Below, piece after piece: positions 36,713-45,879 of a stretch of 64,000 nt of DNA; positions within the stretch are counted from its first letter, which is position 1; every line of letters begins with the position of its first letter. Under the pieces are notes generated by a model. That model was given only the letters and a program-made list of their open reading frames with translations. It did no database searches and had not been told where the DNA came from. The stretch comes from an uncultured Clostridia bacterium. Lineage in GTDB: Bacteria > Bacillota > Clostridia > Christensenellales > Aristaeellaceae. The translations under genes and the position numbers were made by a program. The stretch lies in contig CAMNEH010000001.1 of the NCBI GenBank assembly GCA_946536315.1, positions 592 through 64,591 of the forward strand, given 5' to 3'.

Positions 36713-37627
36713 GTGAACAAACGGATGATCAAAGTGACGGTGTTTACCCCGACGTACAACCGCGCGGAGCATATCCCCAACCTGTACCGCTCGCTGTGCG
36801 CGCAGACGGTCAAGGATTTCGAGTGGCTCGTGATCGATCAGGGGACGGACGGGACAGAAGCGCTGGTCCGCGGGTTTCAGGCGGAGGCGCCGTTCCCTGT
36901 CGTCTATCACCGTCTGGAGGGAGAGCGCGGCATCAGCCGCGCCATCAATCGGATGACGGACCTGGCGCATGGCGCGCTGGTATTCCGGGCCGACGATGAC
37001 GATCAGCTGACGCCCGACGCGGTCGAAGCGGTGCTCGGGATGGCCTCCACGCTGACGGACCGCACGGACTATGCGGGCGTCAGCGGCGTCAAGATGTACC
37101 CGGATGGCCGCGCGATCGGCGGCGAGTGGCAGCTGGCGTCCGACTGGATCGACTGCACGAACCTGGAGCGGGAAAAGTACGGCCTGATGGGCGACAAGGC
37201 GGAAGCGTATTTCCTGGACGTGCTGCGGGAATTCGGGCCGATGCCGACGGTGCCGGGAGAGTACTATACCTGGGAAGGAATTCTCTGGGACCGTATCGCC
37301 CACGCAGGCAGGAAGATCCGCTGGTTCAACCAAAAAATATACATCGCGGAATATCTCCCGGGCGGCGCGACGGACACGAGCGCCGCGGCCAAGCTGAGCA
37401 ACCTGCGGACCTACACGCTGTTTGTGTCTGAGAGGATGGTCTATCGCGAGCTGCCGCTTCTCACCCGCTTCAAGCTCTGCTGCCGGTATTTTGAACTGGT
37501 GCGGCAGAAGGGCTGGCGCTACGCGGACGTAAAGGACGCCTTTTCACGGTGCCGGCTGATGGCATGGACGGCGTACCTGGCGAGCGCGGTGACCCGGCAC
37601 ATCGGGCAGGAACCGGTGAAGCCATGA
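36713..37627 (+). CDS. glycosyltransferase family 2
   Basis: VFTPTYNRAEHIPNLYRSLCAQT, VIDQGTDGT, FRADDDD. Confidence 0.8.
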   Translation: MNKRMIKVTVFTPTYNRAEHIPNLYRSLCAQTVKDFEWLVIDQGTDGTEALVRGFQAEAPFPVVYHRLEGERGISRAINRMTDLAHGALVFRADDDDQLTPDAVEAVLGMASTLTDRTDYAGVSGVKMYPDGRAIGGEWQLASDWIDCTNLEREKYGLMGDKAEAYFLDVLREFGPMPTVPGEYYTWEGILWDRIAHAGRKIRWFNQKIYIAEYLPGGATDTSAAAKLSNLRTYTLFVSERMVYRELPLLTRFKLCCRYFELVRQKGWRYADVKDAFSRCRLMAWTAYLASAVTRHIGQEPVKP

Positions 37628-38748
37628 ACGCGGACACGCCATTTTTCGGGCTTCTCCGCTGCGCGCTGTGGGGCGGGGAGGCGCCGGCGGCGGACGAAAC
37701 GGTGTTCGAACTGTTCAAACGACAGACGCTGATTGCGCTTCCCGCGCCGGTGCTTTCGCGCGTCCCCATGCCGGAAGCCCTGCGCGGCGGGTGGGAAAAA
37801 GCCGTCTATGCCCAGGTTTCCCGCAATGTGTATTACAGCCGGGCGGAAGCGGCGCTGCCCGTGACCGTGCCGTACGCGGTGCTGAAGGGCTCATCCGCCG
37901 CGAAATATTATCGTTTTCCCGAGTACCGCGCGGTGGGCGATATTGATATCATGCCCCGCCAGGACGATTTCGAAGCGGCCTGCGAGGCGCTGCTGGCGGC
38001 GGGCTATACCGAAAACACCGTGCATTTCCCCAATGAGCCGCTGCGCCATCGCCGCTTTCTCCGGCACCGGGTCGAGGTGGAGGTCCATGCGCGCTTCGCG
38101 CAGCTGAAGGATGAACAAAAATCGCGTCAGCTGGACCGTCTGATCATCGACAGCGCCGGTCCTAACCACAGCCTGCCGGATCCGGTGAATGGCCTCGTGC
38201 TGCTGGAGCATATCCGACAGCACCTGCAGGAAGGCGTGGGACTCCGGCAGATCATCGACTGGATGATGTTCGCGCATCGCTGCCTGGACGATCCGCAGTG
38301 GCCGGCGTTCCGGCCCAACGCGGAGACGTTTGGCCTGGTCCGGCTTGCGCAGGTCTGCACGCAGATGTGCGTCCTGTATCTGGGTCTGCCGGCGCGCGCG
38401 TGGTGCGCCGGGGTGGACGCATCCCTGTGTGATCGTCTGATGGACGATATTCTGACCGGCGGGAATTTCGGACACGAATACGGGCGCGACAGCCGGGTCA
38501 GCCAGAAGGTGCTTGCTGCCGCCGGGTCGCCGCGGGCCGTGTTTCACCTGCTGCAGAGCCGGGGACTGGATAACTGGCCGGCTTCCCGGACGACACCGCT
38601 GCTTCGTCCCTTCGCCTGGCTGTACCAGCTGGGACGTTACCTGAAAAAAGGCGCGCTGCGCCCGGCCGCGCTTCGCCGTCTGAGAAACGAAGCCGCGACC
38701 GTCAGGCGGCGCGGCGCGCTGCTGAAAGCGCTTGGAGCAGATCAGTAA
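37624..38748 (+). CDS. uncharacterised nucleotidyltransferase-like protein (NTP_transf_5-like)
   Basis: The ATG overlaps the upstream stop (ATGA). LKGSSAAKYYRFPEYRAVGDIDIM resembles the minimal nucleotidyltransferase GS...D.D signature. Confidence 0.55.
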   Translation: MNADTPFFGLLRCALWGGEAPAADETVFELFKRQTLIALPAPVLSRVPMPEALRGGWEKAVYAQVSRNVYYSRAEAALPVTVPYAVLKGSSAAKYYRFPEYRAVGDIDIMPRQDDFEAACEALLAAGYTENTVHFPNEPLRHRRFLRHRVEVEVHARFAQLKDEQKSRQLDRLIIDSAGPNHSLPDPVNGLVLLEHIRQHLQEGVGLRQIIDWMMFAHRCLDDPQWPAFRPNAETFGLVRLAQVCTQMCVLYLGLPARAWCAGVDASLCDRLMDDILTGGNFGHEYGRDSRVSQKVLAAAGSPRAVFHLLQSRGLDNWPASRTTPLLRPFAWLYQLGRYLKKGALRPAALRRLRNEAATVRRRGALLKALGADQ

Positions 38749-39755
38749 TGGAAGACATCATTACGGTTTCAGTCATCATTCCGGTGCTGAACGAGGAAAA
38801 ATACATCGATCAGTGCATCGACGCCTTCCTGGGGCAGACGTACCCGCAGGAGCGCATGGAATGCCTGATTGTCGACGGTCATTCCGCGGACCGGACGGCG
38901 GACATGGTCAGGGAGCGCATCGCGCGCGGCGCGGGCAGTCTGAGACTGCTGACCAATGAGCGCCGGACGCAGGCCTGCGCCATGAACATCGGCATCCGTC
39001 ACGCGCGCGGGAAGTACATCGTCCGCTGGGACGCCCACGCGGATTACGCGCCGGACTATATCGCGGTGTGCGTCGAATTGCTGGAGACGGGCAAATACGA
39101 CAACGTCGGCGGCGTGGCGGACACCCGGGGCCGCACGCCGTTTGGGCGGACGGTGGCACGGATGATGTCGTCCCCGTTTGGGGTCGGCAATTCCACCTTC
39201 CGGACCGAGGTCACCAGCGCGGAGGTCGATACCGTGCCCTTCGGCGCGTTCAAAAAGACCCTGTTCGACCGGATCGGCGGCTTTGATGAGCGTCTGGACC
39301 GGAACGAGGACAACGAGATCAATTTCCGGATCCGGAAGAAGGGCGGCGTTGTCTATCTGTCCGACCGCATCCGGTTCACCTATTATTGCCGGGATACCCT
39401 GCGAGGTATACTGAACATGGCCTTCCAGAACGGCAAGTGGACGGTGCTCGCGTCCAGGCTTTGTCCGGGCGCCATGCGGGTCAGGCATTTTGTACCGTTT
39501 GCTTTCCTGCTTTCAGTCATCGCCGGTATCCTGCTTTCGCCGCTGGCCGACTGGATCCGCGGGCTGTTTCTGCTGGAGCTGCTGGCCTATCTGGCGCTGG
39601 ACCTCTTTTTTTCCGCGAGGGCGGCGTCCGGACCGAGGCAATTCGCCGTTTTGCTGTGCCTGTTTCCCGCCTTTCACCTGAGCTATGGCGCGGGGTCTCT
39701 GGCGGGACTGCTGCGCATGGGCGGTATCACCACCGCGCGGCAGGAGGTGAAATGA
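38748..39755 (+). CDS. glycosyltransferase family 2 with C-terminal TM helices
   Basis: VIIPVLNEEKYIDQCIDAFLGQTY, LIVDGHSADRT, NEDNE. Three to four C-terminal hydrophobic helices. Confidence 0.8.
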   Translation: MEDIITVSVIIPVLNEEKYIDQCIDAFLGQTYPQERMECLIVDGHSADRTADMVRERIARGAGSLRLLTNERRTQACAMNIGIRHARGKYIVRWDAHADYAPDYIAVCVELLETGKYDNVGGVADTRGRTPFGRTVARMMSSPFGVGNSTFRTEVTSAEVDTVPFGAFKKTLFDRIGGFDERLDRNEDNEINFRIRKKGGVVYLSDRIRFTYYCRDTLRGILNMAFQNGKWTVLASRLCPGAMRVRHFVPFAFLLSVIAGILLSPLADWIRGLFLLELLAYLALDLFFSARAASGPRQFAVLLCLFPAFHLSYGAGSLAGLLRMGGITTARQEVK

Positions 39756-41335
39756 TGATTTCTGGAGCCCTTCACCGGGCCATACGGCTGGCGGTGATGG
39801 CGTGCTTTGTGACGGCACTGGTAGTCGCTGCGTATCACAATGCGCAGCTGGTGATTGAACCCGCAGGCCAATACCTGTCTGGGAACGCCACATTCGATGA
39901 AACGACGAAGGCGATCGCGTCCGGCTACCTGTCGGACGGCCTGTGGGCCAAACGCAGCTTTGTCGAGCTGAACGGCCTGTTCTCGAGATGGACCGCGCGA
40001 AAAAAGGTGAACGGAGTCATCCGGCTGAATAACGGCATGCTGAGCAATACGGAGGACGCGAAAATGGCGCTGCTCGATCTGAGCGACGCAGTGGAAAGCA
40101 TGTCGGCTTTTTCCGAATACCTCGCGAGCCTGGGCACCCGGTTCATCTACGTCCTGCGGCCTGAGAAAATGGACGTCCGGCAGGAGCTCCTGCCCGCGGG
40201 GCTGCAGAACCATACAGATGAAAATGACACCGCGTTGCTCAGTCAGCTGTCGGAGCGCGGGGTTCGGACCATCGACCTTCGCCCGGAGACCATGTCCTCC
40301 GTCGAGGCGATCGACCGCAGTTTTTACCGGACAGATCACCATTGGACGCCGGACGGCGCGATGCTGGCCTACGGCGTCATCATGAATGCCCTGCATGAGC
40401 TGGACGAGACCATCCAGCCTGCCTATACAGATCCGGCCATGTGGCAGCGGCACAGCAAGGACCACTGGTTCCTGGGCAGTGCGGGCAAGCGCGTGGGCAC
40501 GCTGTACGCCGGAACGGACCCCCTGATCTGGTTCACGCCGGCGTTCGAGACAGAGATGTCCTGTGTCATACCGCGCCACCGGCAGATCTTCAAAGGCGAT
40601 TTCGTGCAGGTGAATATCCGGGATGTGTATATAGAACGCGCGGATTATTATCATGATAATCCGTACTGCGTCTATATCGGCGGACACTATCCGCTGGTCG
40701 TGCACAGAAACGCGCTCGCGAAAAATCATCAGCGTATCCTTTTGGTCAATGACAGCTTCATGCTTCCGCTGCAAGCCTTCCTGTCAACGGAATTCGCGGA
40801 GATGGACGTGATCGACCCACGCATGTACAAGGATTTCAGCATCGCGGAATACTGCGCGATGACGAGGCCGGATGTTGTGCTGATGATGACTTCGCCACAG
40901 CTCCTGGTGACGAACGACTATTCAGAATACGGGGTAGCGGAAGCGCGCGCGTCCCACGACGCCCAGAAGTGGACGAATCTGCTGGAAGATTATGAGGTGC
41001 GCCTCCCCGCCAAAGCGGACAATTACAACTTCGCGCAGATCCCGGTCACGCTGGAGCGCGGAAGAACTTACCGGTTCAATTTTGAAAGCGCGGAGATAAC
41101 AGACGGACAGACAGACGGTATCGGTGTGGTGCTGTTCCGCTGGGACGATAATGGCATCGTCCAGAATAACATCTACGATGTCGGATTTTGCGCGCAAAAC
41201 GGCGGTGAACCGTGGCATTTCAGAGTACCCAATGACCAGTACAGATATGCGCTGCTGGTGTATGCGGGCCTGCTGGGAAAGACAGCGGGCAACGGCATGA
41301 GGATGGACGGCATCTCCGTCCTGCAGATGGAATAA
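39752..41335 (+). CDS. DHHW-motif / AlgX-AlgJ-like SGNH O-acetyltransferase candidate (paralog 1, motifs intact)
   Basis: The ATG overlaps the upstream stop. N-terminal TM anchor. FYRTDHHWTPDGAMLAY and LLVNDSFM motifs are present. The C-terminal ~130 aa form an extra domain. Confidence 0.7.
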   Translation: MMISGALHRAIRLAVMACFVTALVVAAYHNAQLVIEPAGQYLSGNATFDETTKAIASGYLSDGLWAKRSFVELNGLFSRWTARKKVNGVIRLNNGMLSNTEDAKMALLDLSDAVESMSAFSEYLASLGTRFIYVLRPEKMDVRQELLPAGLQNHTDENDTALLSQLSERGVRTIDLRPETMSSVEAIDRSFYRTDHHWTPDGAMLAYGVIMNALHELDETIQPAYTDPAMWQRHSKDHWFLGSAGKRVGTLYAGTDPLIWFTPAFETEMSCVIPRHRQIFKGDFVQVNIRDVYIERADYYHDNPYCVYIGGHYPLVVHRNALAKNHQRILLVNDSFMLPLQAFLSTEFAEMDVIDPRMYKDFSIAEYCAMTRPDVVLMMTSPQLLVTNDYSEYGVAEARASHDAQKWTNLLEDYEVRLPAKADNYNFAQIPVTLERGRTYRFNFESAEITDGQTDGIGVVLFRWDDNGIVQNNIYDVGFCAQNGGEPWHFRVPNDQYRYALLVYAGLLGKTAGNGMRMDGISVLQME

Positions 41336-41347
41336 GCCGGAGAGCAG

Positions 41348-42937
41348 ATGAAAATGAAAAAACAACTGTTACACAAAATCATCCGCTGCATGGTCGTAGC
41401 GGGTACGGTGATTTGCGTGATGATCGCCACGGTCACCAACGCGCAGATCTTTTTGACGCCTGCGGGGCAGTTTCTGTCGGGCGATATTTCCTTCGATCAG
41501 ATGTCGGACAGGATCACGACGGGGTATGAGTCCGACGCGCTGTGGGAAAAAGAACGCTTTGCCGAGCTGAATGGCCTGTTTCTGCGCATGGCGGCGCGCC
41601 GCGTCGTGAACGGCGTCACACGGCTGAACAACGGAATGCTGACCTTTTCCTACGAAGCGCAGCGGATCAAGATGCCGGTGGACCGTGCCGCGCCGAAGAT
41701 CGCCCGGTTTTCCGATTATCTCAGCACGCAGGGGATTCCCTTTGTGTACGTGCTGCAGCCGGAGAAAATGGACGTCAACCATGCGCTGCTGCCCCTGGGA
41801 CTGCAGAACCACATGATTGAAAACGGGACCGACCTGCTGAGCCGCCTGTCCGAGGCCGGTGTTTTCACCGTGGACCTCCGTCAGGAGCTGGTCGGATCTG
41901 CTGAGGTTGTGGCCCGCCATTTTTACCGGACAGATCAAAGCTGGAACCCGGACGGCGCTTTCGCGGCTTACCGCGTCATCATGAACGCGCTGCAGGAGCT
42001 GGACGCGTCCGTACGGCCGGGCTTTACGGACGCCGCGCTATGGGAACGCCACTGTCAGGAGGACTGGTTCCTGGGCAATCAGGGCCAGCGCACAGGCGCG
42101 CTTTATGCGGGGCTTGATCCGATGATCTGGTATACCCCTTTGTTCGACACGGACATGCGCTGCATCATCCATGAGAATCAACAGGATTTCAGCGGGAATT
42201 ACGTACAGGCCAATCTGCGCGCCCGGTATCTCGCTCAGCGTGAATTCGGGGAAGACAGCCCCTGCTATGTGTATGTGGGCGGCGATTATTCGCATGTGCA
42301 GCATCAGAATGCGCAAGCGCCGAATCAGAAGCGGATCCTGCTGATCAAGAACACCCAAATGCTGCCGCTGCAGACCTTCCTTGCGACCGAATTCGCGGAG
42401 GTGGACGTCATCGATCCCAGGTATTACGGCGCTTCCGGTATTGCCAGATACTGCGCGATGACCCGCCCGGACTGCGTGATCATGATGGCCACTCCGGAAA
42501 ACTGCCTGACCAGCGATTATTCCGACTTTGGGGTGGACAGGGCGCAGGCGGAAAAGGCGGGCGAAAACTGGACCTCTGTGCTGGATGGATACGAGGTGAG
42601 CCTGAGCGCGGAGGATAACAATTATCATTTCGCGCAAATCCCCGTTTCACTGGCGGCAGGAAAAACGTACCGCTTCGCGTTTGACGGGCTTGAGCTGACA
42701 GCGGGTGATACCGCGGCTATCAACGCGGTGCTGTTCAGATGGAACGGCAACCGGATAATCCGGAACCATATTTACGATATCAGCTTCAGCGCCTCCGGCG
42801 GCGAACCGTGGTATTTTACGGTGCCGGAGGAGGATGAAGAGTATGCCCTGCTGGTCTATGCGGGCATCAACGGACAGACTGCCGGGAACGGCCTGCAGAT
42901 GACCGGCATCTCGGTCGCCAGAATGGAGACACCGTAA
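41348..42937 (+). CDS. DHHW-family paralog 2 with degenerate catalytic motifs
   Basis: Collinear with paralog 1 over the full length by eye. The motifs read FYRTDQSWNPDGAFAAY and LLIKNTQM instead. Confidence 0.7.
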   Translation: MKMKKQLLHKIIRCMVVAGTVICVMIATVTNAQIFLTPAGQFLSGDISFDQMSDRITTGYESDALWEKERFAELNGLFLRMAARRVVNGVTRLNNGMLTFSYEAQRIKMPVDRAAPKIARFSDYLSTQGIPFVYVLQPEKMDVNHALLPLGLQNHMIENGTDLLSRLSEAGVFTVDLRQELVGSAEVVARHFYRTDQSWNPDGAFAAYRVIMNALQELDASVRPGFTDAALWERHCQEDWFLGNQGQRTGALYAGLDPMIWYTPLFDTDMRCIIHENQQDFSGNYVQANLRARYLAQREFGEDSPCYVYVGGDYSHVQHQNAQAPNQKRILLIKNTQMLPLQTFLATEFAEVDVIDPRYYGASGIARYCAMTRPDCVIMMATPENCLTSDYSDFGVDRAQAEKAGENWTSVLDGYEVSLSAEDNNYHFAQIPVSLAAGKTYRFAFDGLELTAGDTAAINAVLFRWNGNRIIRNHIYDISFSASGGEPWYFTVPEEDEEYALLVYAGINGQTAGNGLQMTGISVARMETP

Positions 42938-42998
42938 AGCCGGCCGGTCAGGACGGGGCTGAGATGGCCATCCTGATTCTTCTCAGAGAGGATCGACA

Positions 42999-44486
42999 AT
43001 GAAAAAAAGCAAGAAGCAAAAAGCTGCTCCTCCTGCTGCTCCGTCTCCGGTGACGGCGCTTCCGGCCGCTGCGCCGGACCTGCGGGCTGACCGCCCCGCT
43101 GGTCAGCTGATATCGTGGCGGAAGGTCGCGCTGTTCATCGCCATATGCTGGCTTCCCTTTTTTGTCTACACCATGCCGGGCAATATCGCCTGGGATACGG
43201 GCGCAGGGATCGGCCAGTTTATGAAGATCGGAGCTGAGAATCCGAACAACCCGTATTTCCAGAATTATCTGATGGGCGCGTTCTGCTACTTCGGGCGGTT
43301 GGCCGGCAATACCAATCTCATGGTGCTGCTGTACTGTCTGCTGCAGACTGTCGCAGAAATTCTGGTGCTCTCCCGCATCATCGCGCGCGTGGGGGAGCAC
43401 AGCCGCGTCGCGGGCTACATCCTGCTGGCGTTTTACTGCTTCGTGCCGACCGTGCCGATCTACGCGATGACGATGGGCAAGGATTCCAACCTCGCGGTCG
43501 CGGTGCTGTTGTACCTGGCCTGCGCGCTGCAGGCGATGCGCGATGACGCGTACTGGAAAGAGGAACGCCATGAAACGCTGTTTGCATCCAGCATCCTGCT
43601 GATGACGCTGTTCAGGAATCATGCGGGCTGGGTACCGGCCGTGGCGTTTGTCCTCTACACGATCTTTGCGGTCCGGCAAAAGCGGCTGGTGCTTCACTCC
43701 CTGGCAGTGCTGGGCGCGGTGGCCATGCTGTCCGTGGGGCTTCCTGCGCTGCTGGATATCCCGAAAGTGGAGATCAAGGAAAGCCTGACGGTGCCGATGC
43801 AGACGATGGCGTACTTCATCAAGACGCGGCCGGAAGACCTGACCGATGAGGAACGTGGGATCATCACGCAGGTCATCGACATCGACCGGATGATGCGGCA
43901 TTATGATCCGAACATCGTCGATTCCATGAAGAAGCGCATGGTCCTGGACGAAAAGACGACCGGGCCGTTTCTCCGCCTGTGGCTGCGCAAATGTTTCCAG
44001 CATCCCCTGACTATGCTGCAGGGCATGTATCAGAGCACGTATATCTATTTGATCCCGACGGAGCGAAGCGCCAACAAGGGACAGGCGACGGTGGGCTATG
44101 ACATCAGCGAGGAGGTGAAGGAAAAAATGAACATGTACAATGACAACCCGAACGTCGTCCGGATTAAAAACTATCTGAAGCGCTGGATCAACGCGCCCGT
44201 CCTGGGCCTGCTGGTGAGGATCGGGCTGTTTTCCTGGCTGCTTGCGCTGCTGGTGATTCTGATCTTCGTGTTCCGCCGGCCGCGGTACCTGTTATGCGCC
44301 GCGCCGCTTCTGACGATCTTCATTGGCTGTCTGCTTTCGCCCCTTAACGGCTACTACCGCTACGCCCTGTCCATGATCGTCGGCGTGCCCGTCGTGCTGG
44401 CTGACCTGCTCAGCACGGTGACGGCCAACCTGCGCTTCCCGCCGATCAGGCGGCGCGTCAGGAACACGAGCCCCGCCGGGAGGTGA
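42999..44486 (+). CDS. polytopic membrane protein, possible GT-C-like glycosyltransferase (function unassigned)
   Basis: 495 aa. Lys/Pro/Ala-rich N-terminus followed by 10 or more hydrophobic helices. Loop motifs include NIAWDTGAG and YAMTMGKDSN. Confidence 0.45.
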   Translation: MKKSKKQKAAPPAAPSPVTALPAAAPDLRADRPAGQLISWRKVALFIAICWLPFFVYTMPGNIAWDTGAGIGQFMKIGAENPNNPYFQNYLMGAFCYFGRLAGNTNLMVLLYCLLQTVAEILVLSRIIARVGEHSRVAGYILLAFYCFVPTVPIYAMTMGKDSNLAVAVLLYLACALQAMRDDAYWKEERHETLFASSILLMTLFRNHAGWVPAVAFVLYTIFAVRQKRLVLHSLAVLGAVAMLSVGLPALLDIPKVEIKESLTVPMQTMAYFIKTRPEDLTDEERGIITQVIDIDRMMRHYDPNIVDSMKKRMVLDEKTTGPFLRLWLRKCFQHPLTMLQGMYQSTYIYLIPTERSANKGQATVGYDISEEVKEKMNMYNDNPNVVRIKNYLKRWINAPVLGLLVRIGLFSWLLALLVILIFVFRRPRYLLCAAPLLTIFIGCLLSPLNGYYRYALSMIVGVPVVLADLLSTVTANLRFPPIRRRVRNTSPAGR

Positions 44487-45037
44487 ATGCGCTGCGTATC
44501 TGGAAGGATATCCTGGCACAGGGACAGTACCTGTTCCGGGCTGGATTGGTCACGGCACTGATTCTTCTGGCCTCCGTGCTTTATCCGGACGGGCGGAGCG
44601 GCGCGGGGCAGCGCCTCAGGCGCCTGTTGAAGCGGCCGTGGCGGATCGCGTTCGCGTTTTATTGCGTGTTCATTCTGACCAGCACGGTCCTGGGCCGTTC
44701 GTTTGTCAATCCGACCGAGCACGTGCTCACCCATTTCGGATTCACACATCAGGGCGCGTTCAACGACCAGCTGGTGGAAAACATCCTGTTCTTCATTCCA
44801 CTGACGTTTTTTTACCTGAACGCGTTCCCGGTCCGGCACCCGTTCAGAAACGCGCTGCAGCTGTCCGTGGGTATGACGCTGCTGGTGGAAATGTGCCAGC
44901 TGCTGGGCAGGCTGGGGGAATTCCAGCTGGCGGACATGGCGCAGAATATCGTTGGCGGGCTGCTCGGCTGGGCGCTGTGGCGCCTCACCCGGATCCTGTT
45001 TCCGTCAGGTCGTTCCTCACGCGAAAACGGTTTGTAA
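44483..45037 (+). CDS. VanZ-like family membrane protein
   Basis: The GTG overlaps the upstream stop (GTGA). ENILFFIPLTFF and EMCQLL...LADMAQNIVGGLLGW resemble VanZ-family helices. Confidence 0.65.
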   Translation: MNALRIWKDILAQGQYLFRAGLVTALILLASVLYPDGRSGAGQRLRRLLKRPWRIAFAFYCVFILTSTVLGRSFVNPTEHVLTHFGFTHQGAFNDQLVENILFFIPLTFFYLNAFPVRHPFRNALQLSVGMTLLVEMCQLLGRLGEFQLADMAQNIVGGLLGWALWRLTRILFPSGRSSRENGL

Positions 45038-45064
45038 ATGTGGCCGCCGCGCAGACGGATTTTC

Positions 45065-45093
45065 TTGACAGACCGGAGGATTCTTAATATAAT
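45065..45093 (+). promoter_or_regulatory. consensus SigA promoter of the RiPP operon
   Basis: TTGACA (45065-45070), exactly 17 nt, TATAAT (45088-45093). GGAGGG RBS at 45107-45112 lies before the TTG start at 45123. Confidence 0.8.
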
Positions 45094-45122
45094 TTGACTG
45101 TGAGCCGGAGGGATGAGGAAGC

Positions 45123-45599
45123 TTGCGCGATTACGCAACCGTGCGCACGATGCCTGCAGCGCAGTACTTTGCGCTGGTCAGGCAGTCGCTTCAGGATACG
45201 GGGCAGGCCTATGTCCGCGTGACGGGCGCCAGCATGCGCCCGCTGCTCAGGCACAGGCGGGACGGGGTCATCCTCGGACGGCCGGAAACGCTCCGCCGGG
45301 GCGATATCGTGCTGTTTGACCGCGGTGACGGCCGCTACGCGCTGCACCGCGTGATCCGTCTGCGGCCGACCGGGTTTGATATGGCCGGCGATCATCAGCG
45401 CAATGTCGAAACCGACCTGCCGTATGCGCAGGTCGTCGGTGTCGTGACCGCCGTTGATCGGGGCGGACGCCGTATCTCCCGTTCAAACTTTTTTTTTCAA
45501 TTATTGGCGTTTTTACTGCCACGTCTCGCGGAGCTGCGTATCAATGTACGGAAGGCGCTGACGGCAGGCCGGAGCCTTCTGAAGCGCGGACGGGCATGA
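45123..45599 (+). CDS. S26-family peptidase of the Ser-His (SipW/Sec11-like) type
   Basis: 158 aa. GASMRP carries the nucleophile Ser. GDIVLFDRGDGRYALHRVIRL matches the GDI..F...HR(V/I) box of ER/archaeal-type signal peptidases. No clear N-terminal TM anchor. Confidence 0.65.
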   Translation: MRDYATVRTMPAAQYFALVRQSLQDTGQAYVRVTGASMRPLLRHRRDGVILGRPETLRRGDIVLFDRGDGRYALHRVIRLRPTGFDMAGDHQRNVETDLPYAQVVGVVTAVDRGGRRISRSNFFFQLLAFLLPRLAELRINVRKALTAGRSLLKRGRA

Positions 45600-45606
45600 A
45601 AGGATC

Positions 45607-45879
45607 GTGCGCATGCGAATTCGACCGGGATATGTTCTGCGTCAGGTCATGGACATGTATGTTGTCGTGGGCGTGGGGAGCGAAACATACCGCCCAAACC
45701 AGATCATGAGTCTCAATGAGACCGGCGCGGCGCTCTGGCGTAAGCTGGAGCAGGGGGCTGACACGCAGACGCTCATCCGCAGCCTGACAGAGGAATTTGA
45801 AGTGGACCCTGTCACAGCCGGGAACGATCTGAACGCCTTCCTCACCCAGCTGCGCGAGCACGCGCTGATCGACGAATGA
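45607..45879 (+). CDS. PqqD-like RiPP recognition element protein
   Basis: 90 aa. LNETGAALWRKLEQGADTQTLIRSLTEEFEVDPVTAGNDLNAFLTQL is typical PqqD-family sequence. The stop overlaps the rSAM start (ATGA). Confidence 0.8.
   Translation: MRMRIRPGYVLRQVMDMYVVVGVGSETYRPNQIMSLNETGAALWRKLEQGADTQTLIRSLTEEFEVDPVTAGNDLNAFLTQLREHALIDE

Noticed and set aside
45113-45319. Alternative 68-aa ORF starting at the ATG at 45113, overlapping the peptidase gene in another frame.
   Set aside because: Its translation is Arg/Ala/Gly-rich with no features. The overlapping frame starting at 45123 carries the GASMRP and HRV peptidase motifs.
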